In this document: piece by piece, positions 33,603 to 50,188 of the stretch
How the letters are laid out: each line of letters opens with the position of its first letter
Position numbering within the stretch: the stretch's first letter is position 1
Assembly: GCF_009914755.1 (NCBI RefSeq)
Contig: NC_060946.1
Length of the DNA: 64,000 bases
Reading direction: 5' to 3' (one strand)
DNA from: the human T2T-CHM13v2.0 reference genome, Homo sapiens
Translations under genes and position numbers: made by a program
Notes under the pieces: generated by a model
Told to the model about the DNA's origin: nothing
The model's input: the letters and a program-made list of their open reading frames with translations, nothing else
Databases searched by the model: none

Positions 33603-35019
33603 AGACTTGTTTTTTTGAGGGAGAATTTTCTGTGATTGTCGCAACTATTTGCAAGCAGCTTTCAGACATGGTGTGTCCTGATTATTCCAAATAGTTGGGA
33701 TAGTCCAGACTCTCAAAATAATTTCACCTTGCCTGTGCTTCCTGGAGGTCTGGAGAAAGGAGACAGTAGGAGGTGACACCCTCTGGCTCCTTCCAGTCTG
33801 GCGTGTGCCTGCCCTGGGAACATTGTTCAGAACATGCTGGAGAAGAGAATATCACAGCCTGACTGTAGACTTCTGGGGATGTGTTTTATTTAAATATGTA
33901 AAATATAATATTTTGGTGTCACTTAAAACACCGGGACTTTTGGAGGCGTAGTAGAAGTTCTATGTAGCTTCAGAATGACCCATCAGAAACAAATGTATAT
34001 GAGTCTTTACTTACATTTGTGCCATATTGCTTCCCCCTATATTTTTTTCCCTTTGGAAGCTCTGGCATGGGCCTTGATCCTGTGTTTAAGCGCTGTGTGG
34101 GAAGCAGAATTTAAAAGGACTGTAGTAGTATTTCTAAAGAGACTTAACAGGCTACATGTGAGAGAATTTTAGATTTCAATTTAGCAAACGTTTGATTTTC
34201 TAGTCTTTATGGGGCTGACTGTAAGCATTTGGGAAATTATTGAATTATTGCTTAGTTCTGTATAAGTTGACATGCTGAGGTTTTTTTTTTTTTTTTTTTT
34301 TTTTTAACTGTTTTTGTGGGACAGTGGTGATTACATGGGCATTGGGACTTTCAGGAATATTCCAGAATCTATGATATGTTGTATTTCACTTGTGCTAGAG
34401 GGTTTTCAGGCTGCCTTTTCATGGCATGTTCACTCCAGAAATGCTCTAATGCCCATCAATAAATGTCACCCTCATCCTAGGAATTAGATGAAGAGATTAT
34501 AGTTTTGAAGTTTTGGTGTTATTAGGCTTAAATCTCTAGGACACATATAAACACACTTGTGGTATTAAATGTGCCGGGTGGGTGATTTCAAGTTCCAGTG
34601 GCAGTGGTAATTTTTGCATTTCCTGACTCTTGTGTTTAAATTTGCAGTCTCAACATTGCATCACTGTAAGTTTTCACATTTAATGAATATTTATGTTGAG
34701 CCAAGTTCTATACGAATGTGGTGGTTTCTGACTTGATTATAGCTTGCTGTGTACTGTGGCCAGGAGTGCCCTACAGACAACAGAGTTGGCACACGTCTCA
34801 GCATGCCAAGCCCCGGCGGATGTGGTTAGGGACCACGGTGACTGGGGCATTGGTTGCCATACCAACCTTGTTTTTGGAAGGGAAAGCTCTGAAACAGCAA
34901 TGGGATGGGGGCAGAATAGTTTTGAATATTCCAAGTAAACTTATTCCCTATATGTTCCCTGCAAGAAGATGCTATAGAAAACTATAATTCTTACTATGTG
35001 CTCAGATAGCATGAGTTAA

Positions 35020-35286
35020 TTTTCTTTCTTTTCTTCTTTCTTTCTTTCTTTTTTTTTTTTTTTTAAGACAGTCTCATTCTGTCACCCAGGCTAAAGTGCA
35101 GTGGTATGATCTTGGCTCACTTTAGCCTCGACCTCCTAGGCTCAAACGATCCTCCCACCTCAGCCTCCCAAGTAGCTGGGACCACAGGCGTGCACCACCA
35201 TGCCCAGCTAATTTTGTTTATGTTTTCTAGAGATGAAGTCTCAGTGTGTTGCCCAGGCTAGTCTCGAACTCTTGGGCTCAAGCAAT
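35020..35286 (-). mobile_element. Alu, 5'-truncated
   Basis: Reverse consensus. Confidence 0.88.
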
Positions 35287-36180
35287 AGTTAGTTTACTTT
35301 TGCAAGGCTGTTTTAATTGTCCTTTTGCAAAGGTGTGGAAGTTATATGGTGGGCCTTTCATGTGTGAATTTCTTCCCTACTTGTTGGAGGGTAAACAGGG
35401 GATCTTCTATCTCTTCCTATTACAGACCTTCTTCTCTCAACTCCTGCCAACCTCCCTTGCCCTCTGGTAACTAACCTAGTGATGACTGATTGGGGGAGGG
35501 AGAAGGGAAAGAAAAACAGGAAGGATAAATGGGGGACTCCTCCTCCCCCAGCTCCTTATTTATATTCCTCACTTTCCCTTATACCAAGATGGGGTTTCCT
35601 TGCTCCTCCCTATTGTATATAAGCAAAGATCACAGTCGAAGGTGCCATCACCCATAAGTGGGATGTTAGGGTGCCCTGCTCACGAGCTTCGGCAGACAGA
35701 ACTGGGATGAGAGGAAGGAAACATCCCTGGCATCTCACACTGGAATGCTGTTACCTCTTTGCAAATGGTGCCTTGCATGATTAATTCTATGGTACTTGGT
35801 ATTGTGCAGTAAAATGTCTGGAAGGGAATTGATCAAGTCTGGTAAGCCAGATCAGAGCCCAGAATGGCAGAGTGGGATGTGACTTGCAGGTGGCATCTGC
35901 TGTTCTAGTGCCTCTTTACAGAAGATGATCCAAGTCTCTGGAAGCTGCCACCTGTCCAGGTTCAACAGCTCAGGCAGTCTGTTGTTGTGGAGGGCTTGTC
36001 CTCAAGCCTCATCACACAAAAAAAGTAAAAACCCCACCCCTTTGAAAAGAAACTTACTGTTTCAGAAGAGGGAGGCAGTCCAATGATTTAATCTTTGCTT
36101 GCTGACTTGGAGCCAACTCCCCATTAGATTGTAACCTCCTTCCGGGCAGGGTTGGTGTTTCAATCTATTTAACATTTTTC

Positions 36181-36490
36181 AGCTGGGTGCGGTGGCTTAC
36201 ACCTATAATACCAGCTTTAGGAGGCTGAGGTGGGATGATCGCTTGAGGCCAGGAGTTTAAGACCAGCTTGGGCGACATAGCGAGACTGTTCCTACAAAAA
36301 ATTTTTTTTAAAAAAATTAGCCAGGTATGGTGGTGCACATCTGTAGTCTTAGCCACTTGGGAGGCTGAGGTGATAGGATCACTTGAGCCCTGGAGGTTGA
36401 GGCTGCAGTGAGCTGTGGTAGTGCCACTGCATTCCAGCCTGGGTGACACAGCGAGACCTGTCTCTACAAAAATAAATAAATAAATAAATA
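36181..36490 (+). mobile_element. Alu (AluJ-like)
   Basis: Consensus with (TAAA)n tail. Confidence 0.9.
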
Positions 36491-36990
36491 ATTTTTTTTT
36501 AAATGCAGAAAACATTTCCCAGTTCAACTCAAAGAGCCTCTTTGTTTGAATTTGGAAGAGCTGTCCCTTCCTGAAGATACCTGAATTCTATTTTCTGCTC
36601 ATCGGTCATAATGTGAATCTAGGATGAGCACAGATGTGAACGGCACCTCCTAGAGTTGTGCGGTGCATAAGGCCAACGCCCAGAAGGCACTCTTCCATCT
36701 CCCTGTTGGCTGACGTGGCACCTGAGTTGTTCCCCCTTCTCTAATGCTTCTCCTTCAGCAATTGTGATTTGCTGCTTCTGATTTCTGTAGTCCTAGGAAA
36801 CCAGGGAACCATGTTTGTTAGAATTATGTGTAAAGTTAGGGGACAGAGACATCAAGGGGGTGTGTAAGTAGTTTAGTATGTGGCTGCTTTGGCTGCTTTT
36901 CTGCTTTTTGCTGGCTCCTCTTTAGAGATCAGCTGACTGGCGCATGGAGTCCTCAAATTTTGGGGGCATGTAATAAATGATGGATGGACC

Positions 36991-37629
<639 letters not shown>

Positions 37630-37735
37630 TAGTTCTTCAAACTACAACTTTTAGCTGACTGTATTTAAGAGGAGTTGGGAGGACAGAGCAGTAGTTTTCC
37701 ACTTTGCTACGCAGACACCCAGCATTTGCCAGGCC

Positions 37736-37905
37736 TTTTTTTTTTCTTTTTTTGAGATGGGATCTCACTCTGTTGCCCAGGCAGGAGTGCAGTGGTGTGA
37801 TCTTGGTTCGCTACGAACTCCCTGTCCTGCGCTCAAATGATCCTCCCACCTTAGCCTCCTGAGTAGCTGGGACTACAGGCGCCCTGCTGATTTTTGTATT
37901 TTTCA
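37736..37905 (-). mobile_element. Partial Alu
   Basis: Reverse right arm. Confidence 0.8.
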
Positions 37906-37974
37906 CCAGGTTCTTTAAGCATGTTGTAAACTTTGCAGAACAAATTGGTTCTGGGTTTCCTTTGATGGGAGAGG

Positions 37975-38140
37975 CTGCAGAGTGCTGAGTCTGGAGCCAG
38001 ACAGCTTGGGTTTGAATCCTGGCTTTGGCAGTTACCTGCTGTGGAAAGATGGCTTTGCCTCTCTGGATCTCAGTTTCTGCATCTGTAAAATGGAGATAAA
38101 CTTTTCCTAGCGTTGTTATGAGGATTACATGAGTTACTCA
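37975..38140 (+). mobile_element. MIR
   Basis: ctggagccagacagcttgggtttgaatcctggct...ctcagtttctgcatctgtaaaatgg. Confidence 0.8.
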
Positions 38141-39499
38141 CAGCATGCAATTTATATTTAGTGGGGATGAGGTTGAAGAAAATACATAATTTCATGCTGC
38201 TCCTCACATATACCTAACGTTTATGTTGCAGTTCCCAAGTGGTTGCAAATTCTTATTCTAAAATGGTAGCTTATCAAAGTTAAAGGAATCCAAAAATGCC
38301 ATTTACTGAGAAGAGAAGTGGTCATAACATAGGAATTTTTTTTTTTAACATGCTTAGTGCCTTTCTACTTGCACCTATGTCCCTTCTCCCCTAGTGTGGG
38401 GGTCTGTGGGCTCCCCAGGGTAGTGCTTAAGCACTTTGCAAGAGGTGCAGGCTGCTCATTTCTCCGATTCCCAGTTCCCTCTGTTTCCTGGGAGGGACGC
38501 TTTGCTGCAGCTTCACCTGCTTATCCCTACTCTCTACAGCTAGATCATTGTCCAGGCCTTAAGCTCTGTCAGTCGGGCACGTGTGCACACACAGACACAC
38601 ACACGCACAGCTGGATGTGAACTCTTGACTCCAGTGTGTTTCTAGGCCAGCCTGCTTGTTGTTCCGGGTTGCTCCGAGGAAAGGAGGGTGCTGATTGCTC
38701 CTCTGGATCCAGCCGGACGCATGGAATGCTGCAACATACTAAGCCTGTGCTCTGGGGGCCTAATTACGTGGGACTTGGGGCAAGCACAAGTGACTTCAGC
38801 GCTTGGTTTGATCCAGCGTGTGATTTTTGCCAAAGCAAATACTTTATTAATCTTAACCCCCCAAATTAGACACATTGACTTTTTCTAAAAATGGGAATGA
38901 TTGGAGAGCAGAATTTTTTTTTAAATCCCCTCCCCATCCTGAACCCCTCCTCCAGCAAGACTGGGCTCTGCATTCCTCTCCTTGAATGGAGAAGGTGAGT
39001 TCCATCACTGCCTACCTCCTCCTCTAACATTCCTGAAACTAGGTGCTAGGAAATTGCCCCTTTCTGAAGGTGTGTTTTTTGTGTGTTTTCCGCAAGAGGT
39101 TCCACTCCTTCCTACGTCAAGGCCAAAGAAAGGATTTGCCGTCCTGATGGAACTTTCCTAACTGGGAACTTGTCCTGGATTTCTTGGGATTCTGATCCAG
39201 AATGTGTATAGGGAAAACTGTTGGGTGACTTCCCATGGTGACCTTGAGTGTGTCTGAGAGGCTCAGCCAGAATTTCTTGTGTGGCCTGTGAGTGAGCTAG
39301 CAAGCCAGCGAGGTCAGTGGGCCTTCCCGCTCAACACCCTGTCTCTCTCCTCAAAGTGTCTTGGGTAAAGGGCATACTCACAGGGTGGAATTAATCTGGC
39401 GTTAGAGAGTGAGCTTGTTCTTATCTAGTCTAAACTGGAAAAAAAAAATGCATTTAAATAAGCAACCTAACCTCACCCCAGAAAACAACTCCTAGTTAA

Positions 39500-40150
39500 C
39501 CTTGGCTCCTCTTCACTCGGCCTCTGTCTTTAAGTCTGAGTGACCTGGTGGGATTGATCAGCTTTGAAGTCCTAAGGTGCTATTTTAATACTGTTCTTTT
39601 ACGTTGCAGGCTTCGAGACTGATTTAACTAGATTCTGGAGGGAGCTTACTTTACAGCATTCTTAAGAGCTTGAACAATCTTGAAAGAGTTAAACTCTAAT
39701 TAGCTCATTCCTAAGGTATTTAATGCCCTTATTAAAACTCAACTGCTCGTTCACTTTTTTCTTTAGTGAATCAGATTTCTTGAGGAGCTGAGCCTTCGCT
39801 CCTCAGATCACAGGCTCACATGTTGAAGCTGGCAGTGCTAGAGGCTAGTTCCTATCTGTGTGACAGCATTTTTAATTTAACAGGACCGCCTTTGATGTTC
39901 CCAAATATTTATAGGCAGCTTTAGATCATTTCAGTGTGTGCTTTCTTTTTCTTCTCTCTCTCTCTCTCTCTTTTAACTGGAGCAAAAGTTCTTCCTCATG
40001 CAACAGCCTTCCTTTTATCCTGTTTAGTTTATTTTTGTTTCCTTTGCAGCTTTGGCGAAGGCTGTCTGGCTGCATTCACACACACACATGAGATTGACCC
40101 TTCTTTTTGCTTCTTTGGTAAAGGCTACCTCTCTGTATCCTCCTGCCTGC
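39500..40150. promoter_or_regulatory. Candidate intronic enhancer (TCF/LEF, homeodomain, FOX motifs)
   Basis: Repeat-free block with GCTTTGAAG (39561), ACCGCCTTTGATG (39885-39897), TGACAG (39861), several TAAT cores and TGTTTAGTTTA (40021). Confidence 0.45.
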
Positions 40151-40293
40151 TTGAGATTGCTTAAGGCACTTCTGTTCATCCCTTGACTTTCTTCAGGCTG
40201 AGTTTTTTCCTAATCTGGCTCAGGAATCTGTTCTTTGGCTGACCTGAGAGCTTTCAGACTATCATGCAGACCTGGGCATTGTGTGAAAGTGTC

Positions 40294-40589
40294 TTTTTTT
40301 TTTTTTTTCTGAGACAGGGTCTCACTCTGTCACCCAGACTGGAAGTGCTGTGGAATGATCATAGCTCACTGTCACCTTGATCTCCTCAAGTGATCCTTCT
40401 GCCTCAACCTCCCGAGTAGCTGGTACTACAGGCACCTGATACCACTCCCAGCTAATTTTTTCACTTTTTTATAGAGATGAGGTCTTGCTTTGTTGCCCAG
40501 GTTGATCTCGAATTCCTGGGCTCGAGCAATCCTCCTGCCTCGGCCTCCCAAAGTGCTGAGATTATAGGTATGAGCCACCTCACCTGGCC
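40294..40589 (-). mobile_element. Alu (AluJ-like)
   Basis: Reverse consensus. Confidence 0.88.
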
Positions 40590-41394
40590 TTGAATGTGTC
40601 TCTTTATGGATGACCAGGCTGTAATATCCTACTCTGCTTGCCTGCATTGACACTGATGGGGCCTCAGCAAGTTATGATTTACAGTGTATGTTTTGCAGAT
40701 ACTGTTTTAGCTGGGGCAGGAAATTCAGATAGACAGAATTCTGTCCTGATCATTTCAGGCTTGCTCTGTTTGGCTCTGTTAGACTTCTTGGCTGAAAATA
40801 ACAGAGAATCAAAGATTTTGGTCTCAGGGATGGGAAAAACAGGGCTGCAACATAGATTTGTTAAGCCATTAAGAAAAAGAAAAAGGAAACTTTGTACCAA
40901 TCAAAACAAATGATAGAACAGAGGATAGTGCTTCCTCCAGCTTGGCCTCTGGGTAAACATTCTGCTTGTGAAACAATCCAAATTACTGAATTCTCAGCTG
41001 CTGTTACTTACCTGGGCCTGGCAGACAGAAGACCAGAAGATATCATGGCTTCTTCCATCATTGCTGGCTGTGCCTCCTATTAGGTGGAAGCCTTTTAGTG
41101 CTGAAGGTCTCATAGGTGGTTGATGAAATGTGTGAATGAATGAATACACTATTCTTGGGACCTTATACTGTTTTTCTCACTAGATCCTTAAGAGGATTCT
41201 GAGCGATAAGATATTTCATATCTGTTTTTTTAGATGAGGACACTAAAGTGCAGAGAGGTTTATACAGCTGGTGAGTGAATGGAGAAGCTGGCCTGGAGCT
41301 CAGGACTGTGTCTTATAGCCTCACCATGAGGTAATTGGAGGCAGGTAAATCCAATGGCAGTCTGCTAACCTCTTAGAGCTAAAAAAGCCTGTTG

Positions 41395-41732
<338 letters not shown>

Positions 41733-41769
41733 TCAGAGCTGACCAGATTCTTGCCATGTAAGGGGCATA

Positions 41770-41985
41770 GTGGTGGAGAGTACATCCCTGAGACCAGATA
41801 GGCCTGTGTTTTGCATCTCAGCCCTGCTACTGACAGCTCTGTGACCTTGGCCAGGTCATCCAACCTCTCTGAACCTCTGCTTCTTCATCTATAACATGGG
41901 ACAGATAGCTTGTACGACCAAAAGACTATGAAAATTAGATGATATATGTAAGGTGTACATTAAGTGCTTAACACATGTTCGGTTG
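41770..41985 (+). mobile_element. MIR
   Basis: ctgtgaccttggccaggtcatccaacctctctgaacctctgcttcttcatctataacatggg. Confidence 0.75.
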
Positions 41986-42276
41986 GTGTCTGTTGCTACA
42001 AAATTGTGACTCTCAAAGGGTTCATAGTCCTGCAAGAAAGCATCAGGTAAACCACCTATTAGAAGACGACTTGGCAGCTACAATAGAGAGACGTGCTGGT
42101 GCTGAGTAGGAACCCAGGGCAGAAACCACTGGCTTGGATTTTTATTTTCTTTCATTCAGCAGATATGTATTGAGTGCTTACCCTGCGCTGGCAGAGCCAC
42201 TGGATCACACTGATTGCTGCCAGCTCCCCCTCACCTCCCAATTTTCTCTTTCCCTTCTTGGGAGAATTTGAGCTAA

Positions 42277-42746
<470 letters not shown>

Positions 42747-44242
42747 TCATTTTAATCTTATCTAATTTTCTCCAATTTCTCTGGTCTCTTCTACATGAGA
42801 ACTTTATGGTCCTTGAGAATGTACAAGCGACTCACCAAGGGAGCAGGTGGTGGCCGCATGGTTCCCCACAGTGCCCAGATGGTGTCCGTGCCTTTCATGG
42901 TCTGGTTCCATGGGGATTTGTTGATAAGATTTTGCTTTCATTTGGTTTTCCAACCCAGCAGCATATTTAGATTTGATTACTGGTACTAGCTTTTTTCTCT
43001 GCAGAGTTTCATTGTCTGAGTCACTGGCTGTCTTGAAACATAAGTCCCATTCTCCACACCCCTGTACCCCTTTGCAATCAGTGGGGATGGTTATGTGGTA
43101 GAACTTTTTCCCTGCCCACAGCGCATGGTGCAGAGTGGTGTCAGCACACTTTCACTTGCTGAGTTGATTGGTAACATATTGAATCTAGAACAAAAGATAC
43201 AATTGAAAAGCATTTGTGGTTGTCTTTGTATAGTTACAAGCCTCTAAAATAGATTTGAGGTCATTTCTATGTCTTTCCTTTTGAATTAGCAAGCAAGCTT
43301 TCAGAGGGAAGTGGGCGTTTTCTAAATGCACTATTGATTTGAAGCTAACATGATGCTCTACTTTTGGATCATGAAAATAATGTTAATTTTTTATTTGGCT
43401 GTTTGGAGGGACCACTGGAGTAGGTCATTTATATTCAACTCTTATTCATGCTTTCTTTAAATAGCATGTTTAATTTCACATTAAAACTAGCTTCTGTTCA
43501 GCTAAAACAAAAACTGAAAAGATGGTTTGGAAGAAAGCAAAATGACAGAGAAAATGCAGCATGCAATGGAAATTGGCTGCAAGTCATCTCCATAAGGTGA
43601 TTGAGAATGAAGTGAAGCTCAGCTTTCTTTCCAAAGAACCCTCAACAACCCTCTATGTTAACTTACCTTCTCCTGGGAGTCTTGGTGGCCTCCTTTTGTC
43701 CTTGGTGTATGTTGCATGCCAATCATGCTGTAGAGAAGGCAGTAATATCTAGAAACACATCTTGAACTAGCGTTGGGCCGTGTGCAAGTCTCTTTTGGTG
43801 GGGATATGCGAGAGTCACTAACTAGCAACCTTTAGGGAAAAAGAAGTCCAAGAGGGTTGAATTAGTAACCACTGGGGCCTGTACGTGGTGATGTTTGCTT
43901 TTTTAAATGATCCTTGTGGAGCATCATTTGCCCTGTGTCCTATGGGGCATGTCACCCCATTCCCTGGATGTCAAAACTAAGAACAGAAGCAAAATCCATT
44001 CTGCATTGGCTCTCCTTCTTTAGACTTAGCCGGATTGCTGGATGCGCGGTCAGTTGGATGCAAATTTGCTTTTGCTAAAGAAAAAGAAGGCCTGCATTAA
44101 TAATACAATGATAAGACCTGTGCTTTCAGTTTGTGTTTTTTAAAGCGGTGATTAGATTTGTCTGGGTGGAGAGCAAAGATGAAGCTATTGGTCTAGTAGA
44201 GACCATTGGTCCCCAGATGAGGGCCTGGTGTCTCCGTTGGGT

Positions 44243-44550
44243 GTTTTGTTTGTTTGTTTGTTTGTTTTTGAGATGGGGTCTTGCTCTGTTGCCAGGCTGG
44301 CGTGTAGTGGCACGATCTCGACTCACTGCAACCTCTGCCTCCTGAGTTAAGCAATTCTTCTGCCTCAGCCTCCTGAGTAGCTGGGATTACACGTGCACGC
44401 TGCCACACCCAGCTAATTTTTTTTTTTTGTGTGTATTTTAGTAGAGACAGGGTTTCAGCATGTTGCCCAGGCTGGTCTCGAACTCCTGAGTCTGCCTGCC
44501 TCAGCCTCCCAAAGTGCTAGGATTACAGGCGTGAGCCACCGCGCCCAGCC
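44243..44550 (-). mobile_element. Alu
   Basis: Reverse consensus with (TTTG)n tail. Confidence 0.92.
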
Positions 44551-44892
44551 TCTGTTGGGTTTTTTAGGCACACTTGTCTGAAGAAAGTCTTTTGATTTTG
44601 AGCCACTTTTTAGAGCTTTGAAGCTCTTCCTGATTTTAACTATTGCTACCTATGGAAGAGTTGCTCTTTGGGAATGGACAGCAACTTGGGGCTAACAGCT
44701 TTTAAGCATGGACCTCTCCTGGGGGCGTGTTGGGCCTGTTTACTAACCTTACTGTGGACTCCGCCTTCAGATCAGGATGATTTTCATGGTATTTTTTTTT
44801 TTCTCAGAAAATAATCAAACCAAAACTTTCCCTTGCTGATACAGAGTGACTATGCAAATCAGGTCTGCATGCTTATCTTCCTAGAAATGTAG

Positions 44893-45696
<804 letters not shown>

Positions 45697-47910
45697 TCTC
45701 CATCAGACTTTGGATCTGGAAGATAGTAAGAAAAAAAGCAAAGTAACTTAGTTCTGTCCTTTCCTAGAGGACGTAAGCAGTCTTGGCCTCTTCATGATGG
45801 TCCACTTTGTTACCGAATTATTGGGTACAAAAGTGAGGTCTGCAACAGGCTTTGGATGTTTCAAGGTGTGTCTGGCTGTGGTTTGCTTTCTGAGTGCCAG
45901 CTTTAATGTCCTCTTATTTTCTGGCAAGGGTTGATGGATGTGGCACTGAATATTTTCTGAATAGTGTTCACAGAATCACCGAGTGAATGCTGGCCTCCTC
46001 CTGCATGTCTGTTGAGGGAGGGCTTATGGACCAGTGGGAAAGTCAGATGTGTCCCTGAGATGGTGACAGTATAACATGCATAGGCTGAGTGCCAAATGCT
46101 TGGGGCCCAGAGAAAGTGCCTAGAAATCAGAGAAAGGTCTTGGGGGTGGACCTCCAGCTGGACTCTTAAGGAAGATTGGTGCTTGGATTTGCTCCTGCTG
46201 GCTCTTGCTATGGGGAAGGCATTTCTTGCTGAGACCCAGGCTAGGCTGGCAACTAGTGGAGCTTTTTCTAGCTTGTGTAGACCTGGAGGCTGCCTGGCAT
46301 AGAATGTGCCCATGGCAGGGCGGGGAGAAAGAAGAGGCCAAGTGAGGTGCGGCTGGGAGACAACAGATCTGCTATGCTCTCTGGTCTGTCATTTAAGTGG
46401 GATCTATTGGATTCAGCCTTTCTGAGCCTCAGTCTCCACATCTGCAAACTGGGTGTGGGGCTAGATGAGATTCCTGGGGGGAATTGGGGGATCTGCAGCT
46501 GTGCCTCTGAAGGATGTCTGGGGACGGAAGTGTAAGTGGGGAAGAAGCACACTAACTGGGGAATTGGGGAGGGAAAGAACTTTGGAGGGCAAGTTAGGGG
46601 AGGGATAAGAGGGGCTTTGAATGCCAGAAAAGGGTATGTGACTTTTATCATGGAGACCAGTGGGTCCCATAGTCAGAATATAGGTGATGTCTATGTGCAT
46701 GACCGTGTTTTTGGTGACACAACTCCCGCCTGCCCTGTGTCCTCCAGCAGCATGGTATGTAATTGCAGCCCTCACTGCACAGCAGTCGGCAGGCTTATTC
46801 AGGGGCAGTTTTCCAGCAGTCACTCCTCTCTTGAGAACAGTCTGGAATGTAAGGGAGTAAGTGATGTTCTAGTGACAACCTTGAATTCACTTTATTAAAG
46901 ATAAATAAATCACATGCCAACTCTGGCCTTTAGCTGTTATTAGTAACAAATAGCTTTCTACCCGTACACTTGACCATTCATGACACCTTGGAAGAAAATT
47001 GCTGCCATGGCATTTGACCTTGGTTAGCACTTTGTTTTTTCTGAGAGTTTTTTTTATATATCATGAGTATGTAGAAACTTCTGGGGAGCAATTCCTCAGT
47101 TGCCTTTCGAGTCCTGCCCCTAACCCCTCAGTTTGGGCTCCATCTGTTGACTGCCCTGGGTTTCAGAAGGGAGATAGTGAGTGTGCTCTCTTGAACATGG
47201 TCCTTTAGGATTAGGCAATAGAGTGGTAGGCTGGTTTAGACATTTCTGGTTATTGACAGGCCTTACTGCGGCTTCCCCCAAATGAATGAGGAATATATTT
47301 TTCTAAATCCAGCCAGTGAGCCAAATGAGCCACACTGGGATAAACTTTGTTTGTTTACAAATTATGTAAGAGAAGGGCCCGGCCATTAAATTCTTCTGAG
47401 CCAGAATTCCTAGCCCTCTTCAAAGTTGTAATCAAACTAAACAAACACTTTCCACAGGAACTAACTCCCTCCCGAGAAACAGGAGCAGATGCTCCTGGGA
47501 GGCCTTCAGCAACTTTGGAATGTTTAAAGTAGAAATATGTAACCAAGGTGAAGTTGTTCCAGAAACATTGCCTGCTCTGGCCAGAACCAAAGCACGTGTC
47601 AGCTTTTTTATTTAGGGCAAGAGGTGCAGAATGGACTGGGCCAGTCCAGGCAGAATTTTCTTTAGAATGTTTAATTTTTGGTTTTCATCTTAACCCGGCT
47701 TCTCATAGTATCAGCTCCTTGTGACCTTTATTCCCTTCTGCTTAAGTAACTCTTTTTTTAAGCTTGATCTTATCTCTTATTTTTTAGCTATGCTGGATTA
47801 CATCCGGGGATCAAGGAGCCCGCCTCTTAAAGCACTCAATTATTGTCCCTAGGAAAGATGTCAGCTGTAGCACAAACACTCCAGGGGAGGGAGGCTGAGG
47901 CTCGCCTTAA

Positions 47911-48319
<409 letters not shown>

Positions 48320-49872
48320 AGGGACACAGTTTTCGAATCCTTGCCGATTTGAGTCTTTACTGAGCGGCTTGATTTATCTTGGCTTGGGAAGTTGTGGATT
48401 TTTAGAACATTGGGTACACTTGTATTAAAATAGATGTATACTTTCTTAAGCCAATTGCACATTTTTCTGGAGTATGCCCAAGATGAGCTTTTCTCAAGGC
48501 ATCGCCTGAAGAACAGCAGTCCTGCACAATGTTCTGTGGTGAAAGGGTTCTATGAGGATCTATGCTATGCATTAATGGTGGGGCTCAGTATTTGAGAAAT
48601 ACTGTTGATCCTAGTTTTCTCTTAGAGATATATTCTGCACAGTAGTGAATTAATGGCTCTGAGAAATTCTGTTGAAGAGCGGTCTTTCACTTTATTTAAT
48701 CTGGTACTTCCCAAATGTACTTGATCACAGAACTTTTTCTCAAAGGACTCAAGGTGCTAGGGGATATGGAGTGGCGGGTAGCCAGTATTAGGTTAGTTTA
48801 GGGTCTGCACTGGTTCAGTTGGTGTCCTGTTAGATTATGAGGATGGAAGGCCAACACCAAGTTAACTACCAGCTTTCCACAGGGCCCTGGGATAGAGTCA
48901 TCACCACCTAGAATGAATGGCCTGAACACCTTTGAACTGTGGTAGGACTATTTCTTCCATTTCAGCTTAGATTTGTGGTCTTCTCTATAATTGGGTGATG
49001 GGGTATAGGGAGTTGTAGTATAAAAGAACCAAGAAACAGTGCTTCTCTTTGAAGAATTTAATTTCTACTGGAATGGGAAGATTCATGAAGGAGTTAAACA
49101 GTACCACCGTCCAAGTAGGTATGAAATAATGTCAAGTAGCCTGTCTTGTAGGCATTTTGTAGCCTGTCTTGTAGGCAGGTGGGGGCCACAGGAAGCAGGG
49201 GCAGCCTTTATTGTGACTTGACTTACCAAACTTTGGGTACTGTGATGGCGGGCAGATAAGATAGAGGAGTCCCCCCGACCCCTGCAGCCCTAAATGCCTC
49301 TTCGTTTGCCCCGCCTCTGTGTGTAATGTACTATGTGTGAAAGTCTCTTAGACTCCCCGCAAGGTAGACATTTTAGAGTTGGATGAAATGCATGATAAGA
49401 ACTCCTTCTGGTACTTTCCAGATGTATTTGATCCCAGAACTCCTTTTTCTCAAAGGACCCAAAGTACTGGGGAACATTTGGTTCCTTCTGGAAGGAGAAC
49501 TCCCTCTGGCTGATCTGCAGGCCCCCACTGCTGGGTTGGCATCCTGGATTTCGAGGTGGCCACCTTCTGTGACTCTTAGGCCTTGAGCTTGGCTATCTGG
49601 TTTTGGAGACCTGGTGCCTTGGAAGTGCTGGGCTGAGTTGAATGGAAGTGCATTTTCCGGGTTAGTCTACCTTGGTTAATGCAGGGAAGAGTAAATAGGC
49701 TCTGCTGACTCTAGCTGCCCATAGGAAGGATGTGTGTGACATAAGCGGGGCTGAGATATCCCCCATTGAGATGCTAAGAGGAAACTGAGATGAGGAGTTT
49801 AAATTCTTCTCCAAATATGTGTCATATTTCATAGACTGTTGACATAGAGCTTTTTTTTTTTTTTTTTTTTTA

Positions 49873-50188
<316 letters not shown>

